A stretch of 63,804 nucleotides of DNA, filler included, from Anaerolineae bacterium (GCA_029262755.1; 5 parts of 5 records of this genome joined end to end with filler, not necessarily neighbours in it); one strand, 5' to 3'; shown: positions 1 to 10,860, counted from the first letter of the whole stretch. Notes: generated from the sequence alone by a model not told the origin. Program-made: numbers and translations.

Positions 1-1194
1 ACGGTCAAGGAACCATCGGTTGACCGCTTCCGGCGCCCGCCGCGGAAGCGTTCCGAGCGCAGTAGGCGCGGACCCAGCGTCGACCTCCGGCGGCGGCGCG
101 TCGAGCCGCCACAGCTCGATCGACGTCGGCTGACCGGCCGGTTCTCCGGTTGCGTCCAGCATGTAGGGCGCGGTTGCCCAATGGAGACGTTCGTCGTTGT
201 CGAACCACGGAATCACGGGGCCGTCCATGCTGAGCGCCCACTGGACGTCCGCGTCTTTGGTCCGGACCAGCCACAGCGCCCCCGACCCCACCCCGTTTTC
301 CACGGCCAGAGCGAGGTACCGCCCATCCCGCGTCCAGGCGGCCTGACCGCCCGGCGCGCCCGACACGAGGTTCATCGTGACGCCGGCGACGACGATCGGT
401 TCGCCGAACGTAGTCGGATCGGACGGGGACCGCGTGGTCGAGGAGCCAACAACGGCGGTAAGGGTCTCCGTGCTACGAGGGGCAACGGCGTTCATACCGG
501 CTCCCTCGCCGTCGGAGAGCGCCCACACGCGCGGCGCGCCGTCCAAGCCGATCCACGTCACGATCTTTCCGTCGGGAGCGAGGAAGACGCGCATCGGCGC
601 AGCGCTGGGCTCCGGGCTGTGCTCCGCGACAACCATCCCGTCCCCGTCGAGCACGACGAGCGCGGACGCTCCGGCCGGCTCCTCCGGACTAGGTTGGTTG
701 TATACGATGGCCACGTGCTCTGACGCGCTCGCACAGGCAAGGTCGTCGAGACGGGCGCCGTCGAAGCGCGTTTGGGCCGGGTCGAAGAACAACGTCGCGT
801 CGCGCAACACGGTCTCGGGATCCGGGTCATCCGTCGCATCGCCATCGGAAACACGGAAGACGCGGTTCTCCCAACCGCCATCCTCCCCTGCGACCTGTAC
901 GTACGTGCTCCCGGTCTCGTCCCCCTGGCAAGCCATGCGTACGTCGGGCCAACGCAGGGCTCGGTCGGCAAGCGAAGGCGCGGGTGCGGCCGGTTCCGCA
1001 GGCGGGTTGGATGCCGAGGCAATCGCTCCGCCCGGCGTCAACGACTTCGACGCGGGGCTGAGATCGCCCGGTGAGTCCGCGTTCGGGGTCGTGATTGCGG
1101 TCGCGGTTCCGGCCTTCCTCTCATCGCCGCCGGAACAGGCGATGAGCAGCGAAGACGCAAACATGACGAGTGCGATCAACGATACGAGGCGCAT
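1..1194 (-). CDS. Putative lipoprotein with beta-propeller-like body (3' partial, runs off window; absent from ORF track)
   Basis: Manual translation from ATG at 1194: MRLVSLIALVMFASSLLIAC (lipobox), Ala/Pro/Ser/Thr linker, then TolB/WD-like segments (LAPDGKIVTW, WTRDGRYLALAV); open to base 1. Confidence 0.75.
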   Translation of the reverse strand, partial: MRLVSLIALVMFASSLLIACSGGDERKAGTATAITTPNADSPGDLSPASKSLTPGGAIASASNPPAEPAAPAPSLADRALRWPDVRMACQGDETGSTYVQVAGEDGGWENRVFRVSDGDATDDPDPETVLRDATLFFDPAQTRFDGARLDDLACASASEHVAIVYNQPSPEEPAGASALVVLDGDGMVVAEHSPEPSAAPMRVFLAPDGKIVTWIGLDGAPRVWALSDGEGAGMNAVAPRSTETLTAVVGSSTTRSPSDPTTFGEPIVVAGVTMNLVSGAPGGQAAWTRDGRYLALAVENGVGSGALWLVRTKDADVQWALSMDGPVIPWFDNDERLHWATAPYMLDATGEPAGQPTSIELWRLDAPPPEVDAGSAPTALGTLPRRAPEAVNRWFLDR

Positions 1195-1463
1195 GGGCGG
1201 TCGGTCCTTGGGCTTGCGAACGGGGATCGTTCGTCGTGGGTATCGGCACTCTCGGCGCGACGTCCGGACGGTAGCGGACGGGCGTCGCGTGTTCGTCGCA
1301 CGAGCGTTCGAGCTGCGATGGTTGCTAGCGTGCGGGGTTGGGGGGGTCACGGGATGCGGGCGGTCGTAGGGGATCGCGGGGGACGGGGGGACGGAGGCTG
1401 GTGTTCAGGAGTTCGCGGGCACGCAGGGACACAGGCAAGAAAACCGGCTTCCGTGAGCGCACC

Positions 1464-3233
1464 CTATCCGGCCCGCGGCCGATACTGCAGCGCTTCCGCC
1501 ACGTCGGCGGCGCGGATCGCATCCGTGCCTGCCAGGTCGGCGATCGTACGCGAGAGTTTGAGCACACGGTGGTAGGAGCGCGCGGAAAGGGAGAGTTGGC
1601 GCATGGCCGCGCGCAGGAGGTTCTCGCCTGCCGCGTCGAGGCGGCAGTGGGCGTTGACCTCCTCAGTACCCATCTCCGCGTTGCAGGTTGCTCGGCGGGG
1701 CGCACGGGCTCCGTTCAAGCGGAATCCATCGCGCAGATCATCCGCGTACGCAGTCACCTCGGGCTGCGAATCGGCGCCTCCCGGCGCGCCGCCGGTCGCG
1801 CGTTGGACGGACGAGCGAGGCTGCGTGGCCGCATGATGCTCGCTGGTCGCGCGTGGCCCGTCATCGGCCGCCAAGGCGACGAACTCGGCCACGGCGCTTT
1901 CGACCGCGCGTCCGTTTTTGCCGGCGACGGAGCCGGTGAGCCGACGATCCCCGCGAAGGCGTGCGCGTTGGATGTTGCGGGCCGTAACCACCCGCTTCCG
2001 GACGGCGGCCGATGCTTCGCCGTGTGCGCGTCCCATCAGCTTGTCGGTCTCGACGCGTGGCACGTCCAGCTGTAGGTCGATGCGGTCGAGCAACGGGCCG
2101 CTCACGCGGCGCTCGTAGCGCAGGACAGACGCGACGCTGCACGTGCAGGCTTGGGACGAATCGCCGTAGTAGCCGCAAGGACAAGGGTTGCGCGCCGCGA
2201 CGAGGGTGAAGCTGGCGGGAAAGGTCGCGCTGCCGGCCGCGCGCGCGATCGTCACGACGCGGTCCTCGAGTGGTTGGCGCAGGGCCTCCAGGACCCGCGC
2301 CTCGAACTCAGGTAGCTCGTCGAGAAACAGCACGCCGTGGTGGGCGAGCGAGACCTCGCCCGGACGCGGCCAGGTTCCGCCGCCGATCAGGCCGGCGCCC
2401 GAGATCGTATGGTGCGGGCTGCGGAAGGGGCGGGCGCGGACCAAGGGCGTGTCGGCGGGCAGCTGCGCGGCGATCGAGCATACGGCGGTCACCTCGAGGG
2501 CCTCCTCCAGCGACAAGGGAGGCAGGATGGAGGGCAGGCAGCGCGCCAGCATCGTTTTGCCGGAGCCCGGAGGTCCGGAGAGCAGGAGGTTGTGCCCGCC
2601 GGCGGCGGCGATCTCCAATGCGCGACGGGCCTGTTCCTGCCCCCGAACATGGCATAGATCGGCGCGGTAGGCCGGTGGCTGGTCCTGCTGGGGAGGCGGA
2701 AGAGCGTCCACGGGAGCCAAGACTGCCTCGCCGCGCAGATGCGCCACCAGGGATCGCACGTCCGGCGCCGCGATGACCTCGACACCCGGCACCAGCGCTG
2801 CCTCCGCCGCGTCGGCGGCCGGCACGATGAGGCGGTGGAAGCCGCGCGCCCGCGCGGCCACCGCCACGGGTAGGATGCCGTGCGTGTGACGCAGGCCCCC
2901 GTCGAGCGCGATCTCCCCGATGACGATAGTATCCGACAGGTCGGCGGACAGTTGTTCGCTCGCTTGGAGAATGCCCAGCGCGATCGGCAGATCGTAGGTC
3001 GGTCCGGCCTTGCGTAGGTCGGCCGGCGCGAGGTTGATCGTGATACGAGCCAGGGGATAGCTCAACCCGGCGTTGCGCAGCGCCGCATAGAGGCGGTCTT
3101 TCGACTCGCGAACGGCGGCATCCGGTAGGCCGACGATGGTGGTGTGCGGCAAGCCCTGGTGGATATCGACCTCGACCTGGACGAGCTCCCCTTCGAGTCC
3201 GGACAGGGCGCAGCTGTGGATGCAAGCGAGCAT
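1464..3233 (-). CDS. comM: YifB/ComM family Mg-chelatase-like AAA+ ATPase
   Basis: IVGLPDAAVRES, INLAPADLRK, Walker A GPPGSGKT, PFRSPHH, GVLFLDELPEF, NPCPCG, ARSYHRVLKLSRTIADL. Confidence 0.93.
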   Translation of the reverse strand: MLACIHSCALSGLEGELVQVEVDIHQGLPHTTIVGLPDAAVRESKDRLYAALRNAGLSYPLARITINLAPADLRKAGPTYDLPIALGILQASEQLSADLSDTIVIGEIALDGGLRHTHGILPVAVAARARGFHRLIVPAADAAEAALVPGVEVIAAPDVRSLVAHLRGEAVLAPVDALPPPQQDQPPAYRADLCHVRGQEQARRALEIAAAGGHNLLLSGPPGSGKTMLARCLPSILPPLSLEEALEVTAVCSIAAQLPADTPLVRARPFRSPHHTISGAGLIGGGTWPRPGEVSLAHHGVLFLDELPEFEARVLEALRQPLEDRVVTIARAAGSATFPASFTLVAARNPCPCGYYGDSSQACTCSVASVLRYERRVSGPLLDRIDLQLDVPRVETDKLMGRAHGEASAAVRKRVVTARNIQRARLRGDRRLTGSVAGKNGRAVESAVAEFVALAADDGPRATSEHHAATQPRSSVQRATGGAPGGADSQPEVTAYADDLRDGFRLNGARAPRRATCNAEMGTEEVNAHCRLDAAGENLLRAAMRQLSLSARSYHRVLKLSRTIADLAGTDAIRAADVAEALQYRPRAG

Positions 3234-3530
3234 GAGGCGCTCCGCACGCGGGCGAGAGACCGGGTAGACCCGGCGTCGAGGTCGGCTTGGCTCCCAGGCT
3301 ACCGTGACGCGCGGGGTTGCGGGGAGGCGGGGCGCGCCACGTTTGCGACACGCGTGCGCCATGAGACGACGGTTGGGCGGCGGGTGATCGTGGGGTTGGG
3401 TGCGTCCGGACGAGAACCGGTGCGGCTAGGCTGTCCGTACGCAGACCTTCGCCGCCGCGAAGGAACCGGAGGGGGACCCGTCGCCATGCACCGTAACCTC
3501 ATCGCGATTCCCAGGGCCGGGGGCATGGGA

Positions 3531-3536
3531 TATACT
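3531..3536 (+). promoter_or_regulatory. Putative sigma70 -10 box (TATACT) for murA
   Basis: TATACT ~60 nt upstream of murA in an otherwise GC-rich intergenic region. Confidence 0.45.
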
Positions 3537-3598
3537 GCCGCGCGCAAGCTGGATCAGCGGTTTCCTCCCGCCGCAGCAAGAACCGAGGCCCCCCCGCC

Positions 3599-4936
3599 AT
3601 GGCTGTTGCCCTCGAGAGTCCTCCCGCCGCACCCGCACCCGCGGCCGTCGCACCGTCCGAACGTTGCTACCACGTGCACGGTGGCGTACCGCTGCGCGGC
3701 GAGATCGCCATCCGCGGCGCGAAGAACGCAGCGTTGCCGTTGCTCGCGGCCACGCTGCTCACCGAAGAACCGTGCACGCTCGAAAACGTGCCGGACATCG
3801 CCGACATGCGGACGATGATCGAGGTGCTGCAGCATCTAGGCGCCCAGGTCGAGTACGATCCGAGCGCGCACCGCATCACGGTCGAGGCGCGTGACATCCG
3901 CAGCCGCACGACACCCTTCGAGCTGGCCCTGCGGATGCGCGCCAGCTTCCTCGTCATGGGGCCGCTCCTCGCGCGCTTCGGTCAGGCCAGCGCGCCACGT
4001 CCGGGCGGCTGCGCCATCGGCGCACGCCCGGTCGACGTGCACAGCCAGGGCTTCATTCACCTCGGAGCCCAGGTGGCCACCGTCGACGACCGCTTCTCCG
4101 CCAGCGGCGAACTGCGCGGCGCCCGCTTCATCCTGGACTACCCCAGCCACACCGGCACAGAGAACGTGATCATGGCCGCCGTATTGGCCGAGGGCTTGAC
4201 CGTCATCGACAACGCCAGCATCGAGCCGGAAGTGCTCGACCTGGTCGATTTCTTGCGGGCGATGGGTGCCCGGATCGCTTGGACCGGTCCCGGCCGCATT
4301 TCCGTGCAAGGGGTCAGCCGGTTGCACGGCACGACCTACCGCCTCATGCCCGATCGCCTGGAAGCGGGCACCTATCTGCTCGCCGGCGCCATCACGGGCG
4401 GCGATGTCACCACGCGCGACATCGTGCCCGAGCACCTGCGGGCGGTGATGGCCAAGCTCGAAGAGGCGGGCGTGCGGGTGCGCGAAGGCGGCGATTGGCT
4501 GCAGGTCTCGGTGGACGGTCCGCTTCGCGCCGTCGACATCACGACCTACCCATACCCCGGCTTTCCGACCGATCTCCAGCAGCCCTTCAGCACGCTGTTG
4601 ACGCAGGCCGAGGGCGAGAGCGTCATCCATGAGACGATCTTCGAGGGTCGGCTCGGCTTCGTCGAGGATCTGCGCCGGCTCGGCGCCGACATCGACGTCA
4701 CCGGCCAGACGGCGGTCGTGCGCGGGCCGACGCCCCTGCGCGGCTCGACGGTGCAGGCCCTCAACCTGCGCGCCGGAGCCGCGGTGGTCATGGCCGCGCT
4801 CGCGGCGCACGGCGACTCTGTGGTGCGCCACGTGCATCACGTCGAGCGCGGCTACGGCGCCTTTACGGAGAACCTTTTGGCGTTGGGCGCCCAGATCGAG
4901 GTGGCGGACCAGCTGCCCGAGGTGACGCCGGCCTAA
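3599..4936 (+). CDS. murA: UDP-N-acetylglucosamine 1-carboxyvinyltransferase
   Basis: GAKNAALP, MRASFLVMGPLL, PGGCAIGARPVD (active-site Cys retained), PYPGFPTDLQ. Confidence 0.96.
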   Translation: MAVALESPPAAPAPAAVAPSERCYHVHGGVPLRGEIAIRGAKNAALPLLAATLLTEEPCTLENVPDIADMRTMIEVLQHLGAQVEYDPSAHRITVEARDIRSRTTPFELALRMRASFLVMGPLLARFGQASAPRPGGCAIGARPVDVHSQGFIHLGAQVATVDDRFSASGELRGARFILDYPSHTGTENVIMAAVLAEGLTVIDNASIEPEVLDLVDFLRAMGARIAWTGPGRISVQGVSRLHGTTYRLMPDRLEAGTYLLAGAITGGDVTTRDIVPEHLRAVMAKLEEAGVRVREGGDWLQVSVDGPLRAVDITTYPYPGFPTDLQQPFSTLLTQAEGESVIHETIFEGRLGFVEDLRRLGADIDVTGQTAVVRGPTPLRGSTVQALNLRAGAAVVMAALAAHGDSVVRHVHHVERGYGAFTENLLALGAQIEVADQLPEVTPA

Positions 4937-5123
4937 GGGCTCGTCAAACAAGTAAGAGGCGCTATCCGGCGCCGATCGCGTCGGCCGTGCGATGGCGTCT
5001 TCTATCGTCCTCGGCGGCCCATGATGTACCATCAGCGTCCTCGTACTCGTACTCGTCCCCCTCTTCAGCGCGAATCCAACTCCTCGTACCACGCCGCCTC
5101 GCGCGCGGCGGCACGGAGGCCGC

Positions 5124-6143
5124 ATGTTCACCCGCCATATCGGCATCGACCTGGGCACCGTCAACGTGCTCGTCCATGAGCGCGGCCGCGGGATCGTGCT
5201 GCGGGAACCGTCGATCGTCGCGATCTCGGTCAACGACAATCGGATCATTGCCGTGGGCGACGAGGCGCGCGAGATGCTCGGACGCACGCCGGATACCATC
5301 GAGGTGGCGCGGCCCCTGCGCGACGGAGTGATTGCGGATTACGTCGTGACGGAAGCCATGCTGCGCTACTTCATTACGAAGGTCTGCGGGCGCATGTCCT
5401 TCTTCAAGCCCGAAGTGATGATCAGCGTGCCGGTCGGCGTGACGAGCGTCGAGAGCCGCGCCGTTCGCGATGCGGCGGAGCAGGCGGGCGCGAAAGAAGC
5501 GTATTTGATCCCCGAGCCGATGGCGGCTGCGCTCGGAGCAGGTCTGCCGGTGGGCACGCCCACGGGCAACATGCTGCTGAACATGGGCGGCGGCACGAGC
5601 GAGTCGGCGGTGATCTCGGTCAACGGCATTGTCGTCGCCAACTCGGTCCGGGTGGGTGGCAACCGGATCGACGAGGCGATCATGGCCTACGTGAAGCGCA
5701 AATATAACCTCGTCATCGGCGACCGGACCGCGGAGCTGATCAAGATCGAGATCGGCAGCGCGATCAAGCCCGATCGCGCGGAAGATGAGCGGCACATGGA
5801 CGTGCGTGGCCGCGACCAGGTGACCGGTCTGCCCAAGACGATCGAGATGCGCACCTCTGAGGTCGCCGAGGCGATCGGGGAGCCGGTCCAAGCGATCGTC
5901 GGCGTGACGCGTGGCGTGCTCGAGCGCACCCCGCCGGAGCTCGTCAGCGACATCATCGACCGCGGCGTGGTCATGACCGGCGGCAGCGCGCAACTGCGCG
6001 ATCTGGATCTGCTGTTGACCGAAGAGATCGGTGTCCCCTTCTACGTAGCCGAAGACCCAATGGCCTGCGTGGCCTTGGGCGCGGGCCGCGCGTTGGAGAA
6101 CTACGCGCTCATCCGCCGCACCTTGCCCGCACTCGAGTTCTGA
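5124..6143 (+). CDS. mreB: Rod shape-determining protein MreB/Mbl (atypical phosphate-2 motif)
   Basis: [50 protein letters not shown] replaces DIGGGTTE. Confidence 0.93.
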   Translation: MFTRHIGIDLGTVNVLVHERGRGIVLREPSIVAISVNDNRIIAVGDEAREMLGRTPDTIEVARPLRDGVIADYVVTEAMLRYFITKVCGRMSFFKPEVMISVPVGVTSVESRAVRDAAEQAGAKEAYLIPEPMAAALGAGLPVGTPTGNMLLNMGGGTSESAVISVNGIVVANSVRVGGNRIDEAIMAYVKRKYNLVIGDRTAELIKIEIGSAIKPDRAEDERHMDVRGRDQVTGLPKTIEMRTSEVAEAIGEPVQAIVGVTRGVLERTPPELVSDIIDRGVVMTGGSAQLRDLDLLLTEEIGVPFYVAEDPMACVALGAGRALENYALIRRTLPALEF

Positions 6144-6178
6144 GCCGGGCCGCGGAGGACACGGTTCTTCGCCCGATC

Positions 6179-7984
6179 ATGAGTAGGATCGAGCATGTGC
6201 GGGAGCGTTTGCGCTCCGCCCGCCCGACCAGCGACGAGGCGCGGCGGCTACTAGCCCTCGGCCGACCGGAATCGCCCTCCATCGCGGCGGCGCTGGTGCT
6301 GCTCGCGGGCCAGACGGTTGCCAGCCTGTCCGTTCCGTGGCTGCTGGCGCAATTACTCGACCAGCTGATCGAGCTCGGCTTCGACTCGGTCGCCGGCGGG
6401 TTGATGACGCTCGGACGATTCACGACTGCGATCCTGGTGCTCTTTGCGGTGCGCGCGTTGCTCTCCAGCGGGCAGTCGTACCTGCTGGCACGCGCCGGTG
6501 AGCGGGTCGTGCTGCGGCTACGGCGCCGGCTCTACGCTCACCTGCTGCGCCTCGGCCCTCCGTTTTACGACCACCAGCGCGTGGGCGGGCTCGTATCGCG
6601 TATGACCGGTGACGTAGCGCGGCTCCAGGCTGCCGCGACATCCGACGTTGCCGCGGTGCTCACCGCCTCCGTCACGCTGGCCGGCGCGTTGAGCCTGCTC
6701 ATCTGGCAGAACTGGCGTCTGGCGGCACTGTTGATCCTCGTCGTGCCGCCCGTGGTGGGGCTGGCGCGCTTCAACGGACGGCGGCAACGCAAGCTGGGCG
6801 AACAGGTGCAGGACCGTCAGGCGGCCATGGCGGGCGCCGTGGAGGAGAGCCTCGGCGCGATCCGCCTGTTGCAGAGCTTCGTGCGCGAGCCCCATGCCCA
6901 AGCCCGATTCGAGGACGCATCGCGCTCGTTGATGAACGCGTCGCTCGAGCGAGCGCGGGTGGTCGCGATCTTCGGCTCATCGATCTCCTTCCTGGTCTTC
7001 GGCGCGCTCGCCGGCATCCTGTACGCGGGTGGCCGCGAGGTCATCCTCGGACGCCTCACGCCGGGCGAGCTCGTCGCGTACGTGGTCTACACGCAGATGG
7101 TCGCGACCTCGGCCGGCCAACTGGTCGGCTTGTACGGTAATTGGTCCGGGGCGCTCGGCGCGGGGCGAAAGGTCTTCCACCTGCTCGACACGCCGCCTTC
7201 CGTCGAGGATCGGCCCGCTGCGGTCGGCCTCGTCCATCCCGTAGAAGGACGGATCCGCTTCGAGGACGTGTCTTTCGCGTATGGGCGCGGGGATGCGGTG
7301 TTACACGGCATCGACTTGGACGTGGCGCCGGGCGAGACCATCGCGCTCGTGGGCCCGAGCGGCGCGGGCAAGTCCACGATGATGCATCTGGTCGCGCGCT
7401 TCTATGACCCGCAGGCCGGCCGTCTTACGCTGGACGGCCACGACCTGCGCGCGCTGCGCCTTGCGGAGCTCCGCGGGGCGATCGGCCTTGTGCCGCAAGA
7501 GACGACGCTCTTCAACGCCACCGTCGCGGAAAACCTGCGCTACGGCCGCCTTGAGGCAACCGATGCGCAGCTGCGCGCCGCCGCCGAAGCCGCCTTCGCG
7601 GCGCCCTTCATCGACGCGCTGCCCGACGGCTACGCGACCGTGGTCGGCGAGCGTGGGATCCGTCTCAGCGCCGGCGAGCGCCAGCGGATCGCGATCGCGC
7701 GGGCGTTGCTTAAAGATCCACGCATCCTGTTGCTCGATGAGGCGACGGCCAGCCTCGACAGCCGCAGCGAATCGCTCGTGCAGGCTGCGTTGGAGCGCTT
7801 GATGGCCGGTCGGACCAGCCTCGTCATCGCCCACCGATTGAGCACGGTCTACTCGGCCGACCGGATCGCGGTAGTCGAACGGGGCCGGATCGTGGAGGTC
7901 GGAAGCCACGCGGAGCTGATTGCGCGCGGCGGGCTGTACGGGCAACTGCACGCGCTGCAGTTTCGGGAGCCTGAGGCGGAGTAG
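6179..7984 (+). CDS. ABC transporter, fused permease/ATPase (MsbA-like exporter)
   Basis: N-terminal TM domain; GPSGAGKST, LSAGERQRIAIAR, ILLLDEATASLD, IAHRLST. Confidence 0.92.
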   Translation: MSRIEHVRERLRSARPTSDEARRLLALGRPESPSIAAALVLLAGQTVASLSVPWLLAQLLDQLIELGFDSVAGGLMTLGRFTTAILVLFAVRALLSSGQSYLLARAGERVVLRLRRRLYAHLLRLGPPFYDHQRVGGLVSRMTGDVARLQAAATSDVAAVLTASVTLAGALSLLIWQNWRLAALLILVVPPVVGLARFNGRRQRKLGEQVQDRQAAMAGAVEESLGAIRLLQSFVREPHAQARFEDASRSLMNASLERARVVAIFGSSISFLVFGALAGILYAGGREVILGRLTPGELVAYVVYTQMVATSAGQLVGLYGNWSGALGAGRKVFHLLDTPPSVEDRPAAVGLVHPVEGRIRFEDVSFAYGRGDAVLHGIDLDVAPGETIALVGPSGAGKSTMMHLVARFYDPQAGRLTLDGHDLRALRLAELRGAIGLVPQETTLFNATVAENLRYGRLEATDAQLRAAAEAAFAAPFIDALPDGYATVVGERGIRLSAGERQRIAIARALLKDPRILLLDEATASLDSRSESLVQAALERLMAGRTSLVIAHRLSTVYSADRIAVVERGRIVEVGSHAELIARGGLYGQLHALQFREPEAE

Positions 7985-8108
7985 CGGCGCGCTTTTCGTC
8001 CCGTGCGCCCCGCGATGTAGCGCCTTGTCGGGCGTGTCTTTCGACCACCGTGCGGGGTCTTTCGGCTGCAGGCAGCGGGGAGTGCGGGTGGAAGATGACA
8101 TCACGCTC

Positions 8109-8137
8109 TTTACCCTCGACCGAGCGCGGCATATAAT
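8109..8137 (+). promoter_or_regulatory. Putative sigma70 promoter of the rpmH operon
   Basis: TTTACC (8109-8114), 17-nt spacer, TATAAT (8132-8137); GAGGAG RBS at 8167-8172. Confidence 0.6.
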
Positions 8138-8180
8138 CCCCGTTCGCATAAAGACAGCGTTGTAGTGAGGAGCACGGTCG

Positions 8181-8330
8181 ATGAAGCGCACATGGCAACC
8201 TAAGAAGCGCAAGCGGATGCGGACGCACGGCTTTCGCAAGCGCATGGCAACGAAGAATGGCCGCTCGGTGCTCAAGCGCCGACGGGCTAAGGGGCGCAAG
8301 CGCCTCGCAGTGCAGCGCTACTCCAAGTAG
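8181..8330 (+). CDS. rpmH: 50S ribosomal protein L34 (absent from ORF track)
   Basis: [49 protein letters not shown]. Confidence 0.97.
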   Translation: MKRTWQPKKRKRMRTHGFRKRMATKNGRSVLKRRRAKGRKRLAVQRYSK

Positions 8331-8331
8331 C

Positions 8332-8712
8332 TTGCGTCGCGAGCGAAGGCTTCGTCACGGCAGTGACTTTCGGCGGGTGCGGTCTCGGGGTCGATCCTGG
8401 GCGCACCCGCTGCTTGTGCTGGTTGTGGCAGCGCATCCGGACGGACCGGAGGCGATTACGCGCGTCGGCTTCGTGGCCGGCAAGCGCGTGGGCAACGCCG
8501 TGATCCGCAACAAGGCACGGCGCCGCGTACGCGAGGCCGTGCGAGCACGGTACGAGCAGCTTCCTTCTGGACGCGATCTGGTGTTGATCTTGCGATCAAG
8601 CGCTGGTGCTGCTTCCTTCGAAACCTTGGATCAAACCGTCGTGCAGTTGCTCAAGCGCGCCGGTTTGCTGGAGATACGCACCCCCGAATGCGCCGCCTCG
8701 CCCTCGGGCTGA
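8332..8712 (+). CDS. rnpA: Ribonuclease P protein component
   Basis: [36 protein letters not shown] (RNR-type motif); probable TTG start right after rpmH. Confidence 0.92.
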   Translation: MRRERRLRHGSDFRRVRSRGRSWAHPLLVLVVAAHPDGPEAITRVGFVAGKRVGNAVIRNKARRRVREAVRARYEQLPSGRDLVLILRSSAGAASFETLDQTVVQLLKRAGLLEIRTPECAASPSG

Positions 8713-8897
8713 TCCGGCTTTACCAAGTCACGCTGAGCCGCGTCTTGCCCGCCTCGTGCCGCTTCACCCCGTCGTGCTCGCAGTACGGCTACGAGGCCAT
8801 TACTCGTCACGGGCTGATGCGAGGCGGCATGATGACGATCAAACGGCTGGGTCGCTGTCACCCATTCCACCCCGGTGGACACGACCCTGTTCCCTAG
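8688..8897 (+). CDS. yidD: Membrane protein insertion efficiency factor YidD
   Basis: [24 protein letters not shown]. Confidence 0.95.
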   Translation: MRRLALGLIRLYQVTLSRVLPASCRFTPSCSQYGYEAITRHGLMRGGMMTIKRLGRCHPFHPGGHDPVP

Positions 8898-8954
8898 GGT
8901 TCGCGCGCGGCTTCTCGCGCCGTCTCCCCCAACCGACGTCCGGACCGTGTTTCG

Positions 8955-9851
8955 ATGAACCCCATCAATTGGATCGCAGACTGGGTAACCCGGCTGCTGC
9001 AGTATTTGGCCGACACCACGGAATCCTTGGTGACGCTGCCGGATAGCATCTCGTCGTGGGCCGTAGCCATCATCCTCATCGGCATCCTGGTCAAGATCGT
9101 CACGTGGCCGCTCAACGCCACCCAGATGCGCTCCATGAAGGCGATGCAGGAACTCCAGCCGCAGCTCAAGGAGATCCAGGCTGCGCACAAGGATGATCGC
9201 GAGAAGCTGGCTCAAGCGCAGATGGACCTGTACAAAGAGAATGGCGTCAACCCCTTCGGGGGCTGCTTTCCGCTCTTGATCCAAATGCCGATTCTCTTCG
9301 GCTTGTACCGCGCGATCTTCAAGCTCGGACCGCCGCCCTCCGGCACGGGCCAGCTCGTGGGCGAGCACTTCTTTTGGATCCGCGATCTGGGCGAATGTGA
9401 GCCCAGCCCTCTCTGCGACGCGGTCGGCGGCCCCTTCGGATTGCCGATCCCGATCCTCTTGATCGCGATGACCATCGCGCAGATGGCTTATCAGAAGTGG
9501 ATGACGCCCCCCTCCACCGGCGGTAGCGACACCCAAGCGCAGGCCATGCAGTCGGTGTTCAAGTGGATGCCGCTGATGTTTGCGTTCATCTTTGCTTCCC
9601 TACCCTCGGGCCTCGTGCTGTACTACACGGTCTTCACCGTCGCCAACATCGTGCAGCAGCTGACGCTGCGCCGTGGCCAGAAGTCTCCCGCCGCTCTGTC
9701 CGCCGGTGCGGAAACCGCGGACGAGAGCCCAGATACGTCGAAATCCGTCGAGCAATCGGCGCCCGCACAGGAGAAGAGATCCCATGAGCGAAGCTCGTCC
9801 CAATCCCGGAAGCAGCGGAAGCGACGGAGCAAAGACGCACGTCGAGGTTAA
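8955..9851 (+). CDS. yidC: YidC/Oxa1 membrane protein insertase (short monoderm type, basic C-tail)
   Basis: MQELQPQLKEIQ, LYKENGVNPFGGCFPLLIQMPIL, LPSGLVLYY. Confidence 0.95.
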   Translation: MNPINWIADWVTRLLQYLADTTESLVTLPDSISSWAVAIILIGILVKIVTWPLNATQMRSMKAMQELQPQLKEIQAAHKDDREKLAQAQMDLYKENGVNPFGGCFPLLIQMPILFGLYRAIFKLGPPPSGTGQLVGEHFFWIRDLGECEPSPLCDAVGGPFGLPIPILLIAMTIAQMAYQKWMTPPSTGGSDTQAQAMQSVFKWMPLMFAFIFASLPSGLVLYYTVFTVANIVQQLTLRRGQKSPAALSAGAETADESPDTSKSVEQSAPAQEKRSHERSSSQSRKQRKRRSKDARRG

Positions 9852-10860
9852 GGCGCGCACGATCGACGAGGCCATTGCGCGCGGCCTCGTTCGTCTGGGT
9901 GGCCTGTCGCGAAGCGAAGTCGAGATTACGGTGGTGAAGGAAGGCAAGGCCGGCGTGCTCGGCTTCGGCGCCGAAGAAGCGTTGGTGCGCCTCACGCCCT
10001 TGGGTCCCGGTGAAACGTCCTCCGCCGCGTCATCGGCAGCCAAGGCCGAGCCGGCGTCCGGACGCGGCGGCGACGCCGGTGAGACGGACGGCGGTCCCCG
10101 AAAGCGGCGGCGGCGACGACGGCGCGGCGGTGGTGACGAAACGCGGGAGCAGCAGCGTGCGGCCGAACCCTCCCAGCCCGCTCAGGCTGCCGCGCCCGCG
10201 CCGGCGCCTGCACGAGAGCCGGATGCACCGACCCGGCGCGAGGATCGGCCCGCACGAGAGCGCGTCGCGGCACGCACGCCGCAACCGGCTGCGCCCCGCG
10301 AGCAGGCGCCGCGAGAACAGGCGCCACGCTCCACAGCGCCCGCTCCGAAGCCTGCCGCGGACGATGCCGCCGTGTTGGAGATTGCATCCGAGGTCGTGGG
10401 CGATATGCTCGCCAAGTTGGGCTTCGAGGACGTTCGCCTCCAGCCGGAAGGCGGACTGTTGCCGGATGAGATGCAGGAGGACAGCTCGGCCGTCCTTTGC
10501 ATCCGAGGCACAGGCACGGATCGTCTGCTCGGCCGCGACGGCGAGTCCCTCCGGGCGCTGCAGTTCATCACCCGCCTCATGGTCAGCCGCCGCACGGAAC
10601 AATGGACAAACCTGCTGATCGATGTCGACGGCGACCGCCGCCGTCAGGTCAAGGAGCTGATCGCCCTGTCCCAGCAGTCGGCCGACCTGGTCGAAAGCGA
10701 CGGTCGTCCGGTCTCGTTGCCGCCGATGGGCGCCTACGAGCGCAGGGTCGTGCACATTGCACTGAAGGACCACCCGACGATCGCCACACAGAGCATCGGC
10801 AGCGGTGATCGCCGCAAGGTCACCGTTCGGCGCCGCGTTCAGCTGCTGCCGGAACTCTAG
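9784..10860 (+). CDS. jag: Jag/KhpB (EloR) RNA-binding protein, Jag_N + KH + R3H
   Basis: ARTIDEAIARGL...GVLGFG, LLGRDGESLRALQ, LPPMGAYERRVVHIAL; follows yidC. Confidence 0.9.
   Translation: MSEARPNPGSSGSDGAKTHVEVKARTIDEAIARGLVRLGGLSRSEVEITVVKEGKAGVLGFGAEEALVRLTPLGPGETSSAASSAAKAEPASGRGGDAGETDGGPRKRRRRRRRGGGDETREQQRAAEPSQPAQAAAPAPAPAREPDAPTRREDRPARERVAARTPQPAAPREQAPREQAPRSTAPAPKPAADDAAVLEIASEVVGDMLAKLGFEDVRLQPEGGLLPDEMQEDSSAVLCIRGTGTDRLLGRDGESLRALQFITRLMVSRRTEQWTNLLIDVDGDRRRQVKELIALSQQSADLVESDGRPVSLPPMGAYERRVVHIALKDHPTIATQSIGSGDRRKVTVRRRVQLLPEL

Noticed and set aside
377..1369. 330-aa plus-strand ORF
   Set aside because: Antisense shadow of the minus-strand lipoprotein
1690..1950. Intein in ComM
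   Set aside because: No splicing motifs; low-complexity composition
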